Source: Trypanosoma brucei (Eukaryota). Taken from it: 64,000 nt of DNA. Made by a program: the position numbers and the translations under genes. Positions 56,001 through 64,000 of this stretch are shown here, piece by piece (positions within the stretch are counted from its first letter, which is position 1; each line of letters begins with the position of its first letter). Below the pieces are notes generated by a model. It had not been told where the DNA came from, searched no databases, and saw only the letters and a list, made by a program, of their open reading frames with translations. The stretch spans positions 1,728,001 to 1,792,000 of the forward strand of contig CM000208.1 of assembly GCA_000002445.1 (NCBI GenBank), written 5' to 3'.

Positions 56001-56393
56001 TATATATAGATAAATATAATTATTGTTATTCATACGTGCGCACTCGTACATAAATGTACTGCTAATACCTACAACACATCCAAACAGAAATGCAATAATC
56101 CCAACTCGAGTACGAAGCGGAGCAACGCTCACACAACTTCGTCCCCCATACCGTTTGTGGGAACCAGTGGCACGTCACATGTGTTCACTCCCTGTTCTGT
56201 ACATGCAGAACTGTTAAATCTCAATGAGTACATGTTTACCTGATGAAAAGAAAAAACTGGGCTCAAAGACTACGAAAAAAAAATAGGTAAATAAACTCCC
56301 TCCCGATCGATCACAACATAATAAATCTTCGAAAAAAAAAACTTTCCCCCTTACCGGTCCCCTTTCATCCGGTTAAAACAAAAAACTATAGCT

Positions 56394-59300
56394 TTACGGT
56401 TTCGCTTCATCTGAGGATTGAGTTACGGGTACGGCAAAAGATGCATCAGATAAGCATCGTGGCACCTCCTCCATCATAACCTCGTTGTCGCATATGACAA
56501 CCGCGTTCTGGCGTTCCCTTCCCAAAAATAAAACTGCCGACAGCCCCACCGCCAGTAACAAAAACGTGGAACCAACCAAAAGCAGCAATCCCGCACTGAC
56601 GCTCGATCCTTTCCCCTTTGCATTCGAGAACTTGGGGGAATCCTCAGTAGAGCATCCATCACAGAATGCAACAAGCTTTAACGAACACGAAGATTTCAAG
56701 AACATTCCGTCAGTCCCGTCCGCTGCATCGCTTACCTCCGTATCATTGCAGTCACCTGTGATGTCGCAATCATCAGTTTCATTGCAGTCACCTGTGATGT
56801 TGCAATCATCAGTTTCATTGCAGTCACCTGTGATGTCGCAATCATCGGTTTCATTGCAGTCACCTGTGATGTTGCAATCATCGGTTTCATTGCAGTCACC
56901 TGTGATGTTACAATCATCGGTTTCATTGCAGTCACCTGTGATGTCGCAATCATCGGTTTCATTGCAGTCACCTGTGATGTTGCAATCATCGGTTTCATTG
57001 CAGTCACCTGTGATGTTACAATCATCGGTTTCATTGCAGTCACCTGTGATGTCGCAATCATCGGTTTCATTGCAGTCACCTGTGATGTTACAATCATCGG
57101 TTTCATTGCAGTCACCTGTGATGTTGCAATCATCGGTTTCATTGCAGTCACCTGTGATGTTGCAATCATCGGTTTCATTGCAGTCACCTGTGATGTTGCA
57201 ATCATCGGTTTCATTGCAGTCACCTGTGATGTTGCAATCATCGGTTTCATTGCAGTCACCTGTGATGTCGCAATCATCGGTTTCATTGCAGTCACCTGTG
57301 ATGTTGCAATCATCGGTTTCATTGCAGTCACCTGTGATGTCGCAATCATCGGTTTCATTGCAGTCACCTGTGATGTTACAATCATCGGTTTCATTGCAGT
57401 CACCTGTGATGTCGCAATCATCGGTTTCATTGCAGTCACCTGTGATGTCGCAATCATCAGTTTCATTGCAGTCACCTGTGATGTTGCAATCATCGGTTTC
57501 ATTGCAGTCACCTGTGATGTTGCAATCATCGGTTTCATTGCAGTCACCTGTGATGTTACAATCATCGGTTTCATTGCAGTCACCTGTGATGTCGCAATCA
57601 TCGGTTTCATTGCAGTCACCTGTGATGTTGCAATCATCGGTTTCATTGCAGTCACCTGTGATGTCGCAATCATCGGTTTCATTGCAGTCACCTGTGATGT
57701 CGCAATCATCAGTTTCATTGCAGTCACCTGTGATGTTGCAATCATCGGTTTCATTGCAGTCACCTGTGATGTTGCAATCATCGGTTTCATTGCAGTCACC
57801 TGTGATGTTACAATCATCGGTTTCATTGCAGTCACCTGTGATGTTGCAATCATCGGTTTCATTGCAGTCACCTGTGATGTTGCAATCATCGGTTTCATTG
57901 CAGTCACCTGTGATGTTGCAATCATCAGTTTCATTGCAGTCACCTGTGATGTTGCAATCATCAGTTTCATTGCAGTCACCTGTGATGTTGCAATCATCAG
58001 TTTCATTGCAGTCACCTGTGATGTTGCAATCATCAGTTTCATTGCAGTCACCTGTGATGTTGCAATCATCAGTTTCATTGCAGTCACCTGTGATGTTGCA
58101 ATCATCGGTTTCATTGCAGTCACCTGTGATGTTGCAATCATCGGTTTCATTGCAGTCACCTGTGATGTTGCAATCATCAGTTTCATTGCAGTCACCTGTG
58201 ATGTCGCAATCATCAGTTTCATTGCAGTCACCTGTGATGTCGCAATCATCGGTTTCATTGCAGTCACCTGTGATGTTGCAATCATCAGTTTCATTGCAGT
58301 CACCTGTGATGTCGCAATCATCGGTTTCATTGCAGTCACCTGTGATGTTGCAATCATCGGTTTCATTGCAGTCACCTGTGATGTTGCAATCATCAGTTTC
58401 ATTGCAGTCACCTGTGATGTCGCAATCATCGGTTTCATTGCAGTCACCTGTGATGTTACAATCATCGGTTTCATTGCAGTCACCTGTGATGTCGCAATCA
58501 TCGGTTTCATTGCAGTCACCTGTGATGTCGCAATCATCGGTTTCATTGCAGTCACCTGTGATGTTGCAATCATCGGTTTCATTGCAGTCACCTGTGATGT
58601 TGCAATCATCGGTTTCATTGCAGTCACCTGTGATGTTGCAATCATCAGTTTCATTGCAGTCACCTGTGATGTTGCAATCATCAGTTTCATTGCAGTCACC
58701 TGTGATGTCGCAATCATCGGTTTCATTGCAGTCACCTGTGATGTTGCAATCATCGGTTTCATTGCAGTCACCTGTGATGTTGCAATCATCAGTTTCATTG
58801 CAGTCACCTGTGATGTCGCAATCATCGGTTTCATTGCAGTCACCTGTGATGTTGCAATCATCGGTTTCATTGCAGTCACCTGTGATGTCGCAATCATCAG
58901 TTTCATTGCAGTCACCTGTGATGTTGCAATCATCAGTTTCATTGCAGTCACCTGTGATGTTGCAATCATCAGTTTCATTGCAGTCACCTGTGATGTCGCA
59001 ATCATCAGTTTCATTGCAGTCACCTGTGATGTCGCAATCATCGGTTTCATTGCAGTCACCTGTGATGTTGCAATCATCAGTTTCATTGCAGTCACCTGTG
59101 ATGTCGCAATCATCGGTTTCATTGCAGTCACCTGTGATGTCGCAATCATCGGTTTCATTGCAGTCACCTGTGATGTTACAATCATCGGTTTCATTGCAGT
59201 CACCTGTGATGTCGCAATCATCGGTTTCATTGCAGTCACCTGTGATGTTGCAATCATCAGTTTCATTGCAGTCACCTGTGATGTCGCAATCATCGGTTTC

Positions 59301-59840
59301 ATTGCAGTCACCTGTGATGTTGCAATCATCAGTTTCATTGCAGTCACCTGTGATGTCGCAATCATCGGTTTCATTGCAGTCACCTGTGATGTTGCAATCA
59401 TCAGTTTCATTGCAGTCACCTGTGATGTCGCAATCATCGGTTTCATTGCAGTCACCTGTGATGTTACAATCATCGGTTTCATTGCAGTCACCTGTGATGT
59501 CGCAATCATCGGTTTCATTGCAGTCACCTGTGATGTTGCAATCATCGGTTTCATTGCAGTCACCTGTGATGTTGCAATCATCGGTTTCATTGCAGTCACC
59601 TGTGATGTTACAATCATCAGTTTCATTGCAGTCACCTGTGATGTTACAATCATCGGCGTAACCCGTAGCGTTCTTGTAGTCGAAGAAGAAATCATCATGT
59701 ACGGCATCAGCAGGGGGTGTGGCTACCTCAGCATTTGATTCTTCAAAGATTGGACCTGCCTCGTTAGCCATGCCAGGCACACACGCGGTGCTGGTGAATA
59801 AGACGGTCATAAACAAAGGAATGTAGTATTTGGCGGACAT
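56394..59840 (-). CDS. CRAM: CRAM: cysteine-rich, acidic, repetitive type-I membrane protein, a procyclic-stage flagellar-pocket putative lipoprotein receptor. It has a signal peptide, about 81 copies of a 12-aa repeat, a TM and a cytoplasmic tail.
   Basis: ATG at 59840-59838. N-terminal MSAKYYIPLFMTVLFTSTACVPG. The repeat CNETDDC(N/D)ITGD is 36 bp per unit. C-terminal TM AGLLLLVGSTFLLLAVGLSAVLFLG followed by a ~40-aa acidic tail. This matches the published description of T. brucei CRAM. Confidence 0.9.
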   Translation of the reverse strand: MSAKYYIPLFMTVLFTSTACVPGMANEAGPIFEESNAEVATPPADAVHDDFFFDYKNATGYADDCNITGDCNETDDCNITGDCNETDDCNITGDCNETDDCNITGDCNETDDCDITGDCNETDDCNITGDCNETDDCDITGDCNETDDCNITGDCNETDDCDITGDCNETDDCNITGDCNETDDCDITGDCNETDDCNITGDCNETDDCDITGDCNETDDCNITGDCNETDDCDITGDCNETDDCDITGDCNETDDCNITGDCNETDDCDITGDCNETDDCDITGDCNETDDCNITGDCNETDDCNITGDCNETDDCDITGDCNETDDCNITGDCNETDDCDITGDCNETDDCNITGDCNETDDCNITGDCNETDDCDITGDCNETDDCNITGDCNETDDCNITGDCNETDDCNITGDCNETDDCNITGDCNETDDCDITGDCNETDDCDITGDCNETDDCNITGDCNETDDCDITGDCNETDDCNITGDCNETDDCNITGDCNETDDCDITGDCNETDDCNITGDCNETDDCDITGDCNETDDCDITGDCNETDDCNITGDCNETDDCNITGDCNETDDCNITGDCNETDDCNITGDCNETDDCNITGDCNETDDCNITGDCNETDDCNITGDCNETDDCNITGDCNETDDCNITGDCNETDDCNITGDCNETDDCNITGDCNETDDCNITGDCNETDDCNITGDCNETDDCDITGDCNETDDCDITGDCNETDDCNITGDCNETDDCDITGDCNETDDCNITGDCNETDDCNITGDCNETDDCNITGDCNETDDCDITGDCNETDDCDITGDCNETDDCNITGDCNETDDCDITGDCNETDDCNITGDCNETDDCDITGDCNETDDCNITGDCNETDDCNITGDCNETDDCNITGDCNETDDCNITGDCNETDDCNITGDCNETDDCDITGDCNETDDCNITGDCNETDDCNITGDCNETDDCDITGDCNETDDCNITGDCNETDDCNITGDCNETDDCDITGDCNETDDCNITGDCNETDDCDITGDCNDTEVSDAADGTDGMFLKSSCSLKLVAFCDGCSTEDSPKFSNAKGKGSSVSAGLLLLVGSTFLLLAVGLSAVLFLGRERQNAVVICDNEVMMEEVPRCLSDASFAVPVTQSSDEAKP
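56745..59655. repeat. A 36-bp tandem repeat array of ~81 units that encodes the CRAM 12-aa repeat. The units differ at a few positions (aac/gac giving N/D; atcggt/atcagt silent).
   Basis: Seen directly: near-perfect periodicity of 36 bp over ~2.9 kb. Confidence 0.95.
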
Positions 59841-60374
59841 TGCCCTGTTTAAGAATAGCGTTAACTTGTGTCGCGAAAGCTCCTTGGGATGAGGAGGTAG
59901 GGGAAAGGAGAGATTTAGAACATTGGAGAGGACGCAAAGTGAATTCGGGCTTCAAGAGGCGCAGGATGGAAAAAAGAGTCAGAACATCGAGCGACAGCAT
60001 GGTGGTGAAATCTTTCAAACAAACTCACCCTTTTAAGGCACATACCTTATCCGTTTCTTCCCCCACCGTTGAGGCCACTGAAGCTTCTCCGCACTGCCAC
60101 ACTTGCAACAAAGGTGCCGTACACAAAACAAGTTGAAGGGAGAATTGACCGTGGACCACAAAAAATGTCTGAGAATTCCAATCGATGTGGCTCACGTCGA
60201 ACCCCAACACCGGAAGAAACGATCCCCAAAGAGAAGCCTAGCAGGCAAAGTCTTTTTATCAACCCCCATCCGGCCAGCTCTTCAATCAGTCTGAGAATAT
60301 GAGGTATATTTATCTGCTGAGCATGCGACAGGAGGATTGTGGAAGCACCACGCGGTACTGACGCTTGACGAGTG

Positions 60375-60830
60375 TCACTTATTTCGGCTGTCCAGCACAA
60401 GCGTCACTGGGCCATCGTTGGTCATATTGATATTCATGTAGGATTGGAATCGCCCTGTCGATATTTTGTGAGCCGCATAGTCCCTGCAAAGAGCCTCACG
60501 CAAGTTGTTAAACAGTTCAGATGCTCTCTCTGGCTTCATTGCCAGGTGGAAGTCGGGTTTATTTCCCTTAAGTACGTGCATGAGAGTAAATTGTGACACG
60601 AGAAGAATTCCGCCGTCCACCTGCTTCACATTACGGTCCCACGTTTTCTGCCCATCCTCACTACGCCATATGCGAAGCGACAGCAGTTTGTGGGCAATGT
60701 AGTCCACATCGCTCATATCATCTTCGTGGTGTATGCCCACCAACGCCACAATTCCACGCCCAACACTACCAACAACCTCCTCACCAACCGTTACGGCACC
60801 CTCCAGAACACGCTGAACGACAACTCTCAT
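60375..60830 (-). CDS. DTD: D-aminoacyl-tRNA (D-tyrosyl-tRNA(Tyr)) deacylase.
   Basis: ATG at 60830-60828. 151 aa with the MRVVVQRV N-terminus, the SQFTL motif and the NDGPVT C-terminal motif characteristic of DTD. Confidence 0.88.
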   Translation of the reverse strand: MRVVVQRVLEGAVTVGEEVVGSVGRGIVALVGIHHEDDMSDVDYIAHKLLSLRIWRSEDGQKTWDRNVKQVDGGILLVSQFTLMHVLKGNKPDFHLAMKPERASELFNNLREALCRDYAAHKISTGRFQSYMNINMTNDGPVTLVLDSRNK

Positions 60831-61671
60831 ACGTGACGCTTAAAACACGCCCCACATATACACCCCAATACACGTCCGCACATTTGAAAGGGGGAAAAAA
60901 GCAGAAGTGCACATTTCACACACGATTTAGTGGCAGGGAAGGAGGAAAAATAAAATCAACTACATACACATATAGCCATGTGAAACCCGTTTTAATATTG
61001 AGAATAATATCAACAATAATAATGGTAACAAATAGTAGTAGTGATGAAAATGGCCCCTCGCCGTCATGCATCGGCGAAACCTCTCATTGATATCCCAATG
61101 GGTTAACTCCCTTACCACCGGTGACGGAAAAGCAATTTCCCCACGCAAGTTTCAGACCAGCTGCAGACGAGGCCAACCCCTTCCTTAATCCTCAGTTCAA
61201 TCAGTGAAATCAGTTCACCGTTGCGTACCAAACCAGTAGAATTAAGAATCGCCACTGACCAAAACACGCACACAAAAAACCCAAATGGTTTGAGCGGCCG
61301 GCAGTGAGTGAGCCAACAAGAGGTCTCTGTGGATAATGCAAGCGCGCGAAAACCACCAATCAGATTAAGAGGTTGCGCCCATACCGTCAGCTGGGCTCTA
61401 CTCCGCCTCCCTCTATAGGTCCATAGTTGATAGTGTGGAAAGGGAATCTGTCACAGTGCCTCGGGTTTCCCGCAACACCAAACACGCACCTACGCTTAGG
61501 TGTAGTTGCGCTCAACCGCACCTCACACGGAACCGAAACGTGAGAAGAGGAACAGTCAACACATGATGGGGAATTTCCAAAGAAAACGGAGAGATCAGAT
61601 ACGGTAAATGCCCACAATAGCAACAGCAGCAATCAGGGATGAAGCCAATGGTGGTCCACGAGCTCCAAATC

Positions 61672-64000
61672 CTACGAAGCCTGCTGCTGTTCAAGCACGG
61701 CATGGAGCGTCTCAAAACCCTTCAGTTCGCGCAGTCGCTCCCGCTGCGACTCCACCGTGCAGCAACGGGACAATGCGATAGCAACGTTCTTCTGTGCTGC
61801 ACGCGCATGGCACCACTGCGGTGTACCATTTTTTCCTTCATGCTCCAACGAAAACAGGGACGCCCGCACCTTACGAAGGCTCTCCAACAAAACATCGACG
61901 CCGCGAAGTGCCACGTAGTGCTCACATCCTGCAGGTGGAACAAAGGAACAAATAAGAGCAGCATTACCAACCGCCACCGCGTGTCGGTCTCCCCCCAGTT
62001 GGACGACACGCAGCAAAGCGCGAACCCGCTCGAGCTCCCATAAGCCTTCCACACTCGAGAGAAGCTTCTTTGAATAGAACCCCGCAAGCAACGTTGTGGT
62101 GTGCTCCACAACTTCCCATAGCGCAGACGGTTTAGCCTCCGAACCCTCGCTGTCCACTGCGAGTCCATCCCTTTTCGCTTCAGCTTCATATATCTCCACT
62201 GCGTCGCCTCCAAGTATGGAGAGCGCGGAATCGAGCATCGACCACAGCGTACCTTCATCCTTCAATATGGCATCACGGAGTGAGTCGTCGAAAGGAGAAA
62301 ACTTTGAAAGAACCCCCGTCATTTTAGAACAAACGGTCGCTCTCTCCGTCGAGACTCCACCGGATTGGGCTCGGTCGCGCAGCACGTACCAAGCACAGAG
62401 TGCAAAGTGCATTTTGCCATTACCAGTTTCAACCATCGTGTCGCACCATTGCTTCACATAATCTCGCCGAGACTCCGCCTGCAGGAACAAATTGTACACA
62501 AGAGCAAATAACCCCTCTTCCGCCCGAGCTGACAAAGGGGCTGACGCACAAACCTTTGGGGGCGGCAGCATTTGAGCGAGAGCACACGTGAAACTGGACG
62601 TGGACATCGCTTTTGCGCACGTATGGTTTGTACATGACACACGGACGGCCAGTGACAGTCCTACTTCCTTCAGCAGCGTGGGCCCTGCCGTGAGAGCTGC
62701 GTCAACCACACGCACGCCAATTTTTTCTAGCGTCGGTGTCATTGCTTTTGCGACGACCTCTACTTTTAGGAGCGCCTCTAGAAGCCCACAAAGAAAGTAG
62801 AGTGGCTGCGGAGCAGGACGACCCCCTCTCAACACACTTTCCGATATTTTCTCCATTACTGGACCACAAGGAGTGTGAACTTCATTGGGAAAGCGCGTGG
62901 CTAAGCCTTCCAGAGCCTGGAGCAACCCAGACACAAGCGATAAACAAGTCTCTATATTTACCCCTCGAGCTGCTCCCTTGTCCATGCCTTCAACAGCTTC
63001 AACTAAAACTGCCGTTAGGTTGTTTGCCATTTCGTGAATACTTGAAGGCTCCAACTCATCTGCACATGCCTCACTTCCAACCAAAACAAGAGACAAGAGT
63101 CGAAGGGAAGCAAACAAGACCATTCCCTCAGGCGACATGTCTTTGGCACCCGCGGCACAAACAACACCGAAACGTTCTTCTGCACTACCAGAAAGCAGAC
63201 CGAGAATCAGCTCCGTCAACGAGTCCATTCCATCACGGAGAGCGAACAGGACCGCTGCGCCGAGATGAAAACACTGAACGACTTTCAGGCAGCGGCAGAC
63301 GGCCTTCAAAACCCGTATCATACACTTCCTCTTACGACCTTGCTTTTCCGCAACATTTTCTCTGTTTTCCTCACTACTCGCCTCACTCACATTCGGTAAC
63401 TCCTTCACGGCGGCAATGAGATCACATGTCGCATTAGACAGCTGTTCCGCGTCTCCTGAATAATGATGCTGGAAGGCAGCACAGCGTTCATGTTCACTCT
63501 TTATTCGCCGCAACCACTGAGCAAGATCCGCTGCCTCTTGATTTGAAACATCTTTCTGGAGCGCCGCTTCAGCATCTCGCAGCGCATCCAGCGGCCTGCG
63601 CAGATGTCTTAGCGCTGTGGCGCGCCGCAACAGAGCCTTCACATTCGTTGGCTCCTCGCGTAAAACATAGCTTGCGTCTTCCACAGCATCCAAGTAGCGT
63701 TTCAACTTCAGCTGAACAAGAGCGCGGTTGTTGTGCAGCGTAACCTGCAGTGACGCATCCACCACATTCAACCCAATGGCATTGGAGTACAATTTAAAGG
63801 CAGTTTCCCAATCAGAAGCTCTCACAGCCTTCGCCGCCTCCTCCTTCATTCGTAGTGCCTCATCCAAAGAGACCCTTTCCGCCCGGCTAAATAATGCTTC
63901 ATCCTTATTACAGTTCTTGCCTTTACCCTTGCAAGTGGGACCATCGGTTTCTTTCAACAGTGTATCAATAAATTCATCGTTCTCAAAACGCGAGTAGTAA
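61672..64000 (-). CDS. TPR-repeat protein. It is 5'-truncated by the window edge: the reading frame stays open through 64000, and the track start at 63957 is TTG.
   Basis: TPR-like helical repeats near the N-terminal end (AFKLYSNAIGL...HNNRALVQLKLKRYLDAVEDASYVLREEPTNVKALLRRATALRHL). A long ORF of more than 760 codons. Confidence 0.6.
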   Translation of the reverse strand, partial: YYSRFENDEFIDTLLKETDGPTCKGKGKNCNKDEALFSRAERVSLDEALRMKEEAAKAVRASDWETAFKLYSNAIGLNVVDASLQVTLHNNRALVQLKLKRYLDAVEDASYVLREEPTNVKALLRRATALRHLRRPLDALRDAEAALQKDVSNQEAADLAQWLRRIKSEHERCAAFQHHYSGDAEQLSNATCDLIAAVKELPNVSEASSEENRENVAEKQGRKRKCMIRVLKAVCRCLKVVQCFHLGAAVLFALRDGMDSLTELILGLLSGSAEERFGVVCAAGAKDMSPEGMVLFASLRLLSLVLVGSEACADELEPSSIHEMANNLTAVLVEAVEGMDKGAARGVNIETCLSLVSGLLQALEGLATRFPNEVHTPCGPVMEKISESVLRGGRPAPQPLYFLCGLLEALLKVEVVAKAMTPTLEKIGVRVVDAALTAGPTLLKEVGLSLAVRVSCTNHTCAKAMSTSSFTCALAQMLPPPKVCASAPLSARAEEGLFALVYNLFLQAESRRDYVKQWCDTMVETGNGKMHFALCAWYVLRDRAQSGGVSTERATVCSKMTGVLSKFSPFDDSLRDAILKDEGTLWSMLDSALSILGGDAVEIYEAEAKRDGLAVDSEGSEAKPSALWEVVEHTTTLLAGFYSKKLLSSVEGLWELERVRALLRVVQLGGDRHAVAVGNAALICSFVPPAGCEHYVALRGVDVLLESLRKVRASLFSLEHEGKNGTPQWCHARAAQKNVAIALSRCCTVESQRERLRELKGFETLHAVLEQQQAS

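Noticed and set aside
50755-56393. Search for tRNA, 5S, snRNA or 7SL genes at the convergent strand-switch region and in the GC-rich island
   Set aside because: No A-box/B-box (GGTTCGANTCC) tRNA signatures and no 5S-like sequence turned up on either strand. A 7SL or rRNA-like impression at ~53.6-53.9 kb could not be supported by any remembered conserved motif.
56485-59707. Two very long ORFs in other frames over the CRAM array: a 1058-aa + strand ORF at 56485..59661 reading SVSLQSPVMLQS..., and a 991-aa - strand ORF at 56732..59707 reading QVTAMKPMIATS...
   Set aside because: They are open frames created purely by the 36-bp periodicity. Neither has a signal peptide, a TM or an independent start context. 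CRAM in the third frame has all the expected protein features and matches the literature.

Overview
This window is a chromosome-internal stretch of a Trypanosoma brucei-group genome; from memory it lies on a megabase chromosome, probably chr10. That call rests on direct protein recognition of trypanosome alternative oxidase (TAO), sterol 24-C-methyltransferase, myo-inositol-1-phosphate synthase, and CRAM (the procyclic cysteine-rich acidic repetitive membrane protein, which has a 12-aa repeat).

The genes lie in two long directional clusters, which is the polycistronic layout typical of this group. About 20 genes sit on the + strand from ~3.6 kb to 50.75 kb, and about 4 genes sit on the - strand from 64 kb down to 51.5 kb. 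The two clusters meet in a convergent strand-switch region at ~50.75-51.53 kb. I found no tRNA, rRNA or snRNA genes. This is eukaryotic DNA, so bacterial defence or operon systems do not apply.

The ORF track was computed prokaryote-style. Many of its 'M' starts are really TTG or GTG. I re-derived ATG starts by eye, using the upstream polypyrimidine tract and AG acceptor, and report those.

The most notable structures are:
- A ~2.3-2.6 kb segmental duplication. The last 107 codons of the S9 peptidase gene plus ~1.9 kb of its downstream flank (10098-12345) reappear at 363-2953 as a truncated pseudo-copy. The copy includes a GC-rich 1.47-kb unit that is itself tandemly repeated 1.1-1.3 times.
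- An apparent frameshift separating a mitochondrial-presequence-like leader ORF (ATG at 32068) from the body of a DEAD-box helicase.
- The CRAM gene, carrying about 81 copies of a 36-bp repeat.
- Two decayed tandem copies of a signal-peptide gene, abutting the convergent strand-switch region.
- A 3.4-kb GC-rich non-coding island between those relics and CRAM.
- A 4.1-kb low-complexity AT-rich gene desert downstream of TAO.

I did not see an obviously novel multi-gene system. The duplication with its repeat unit and the non-coding islands are the places most worth follow-up.
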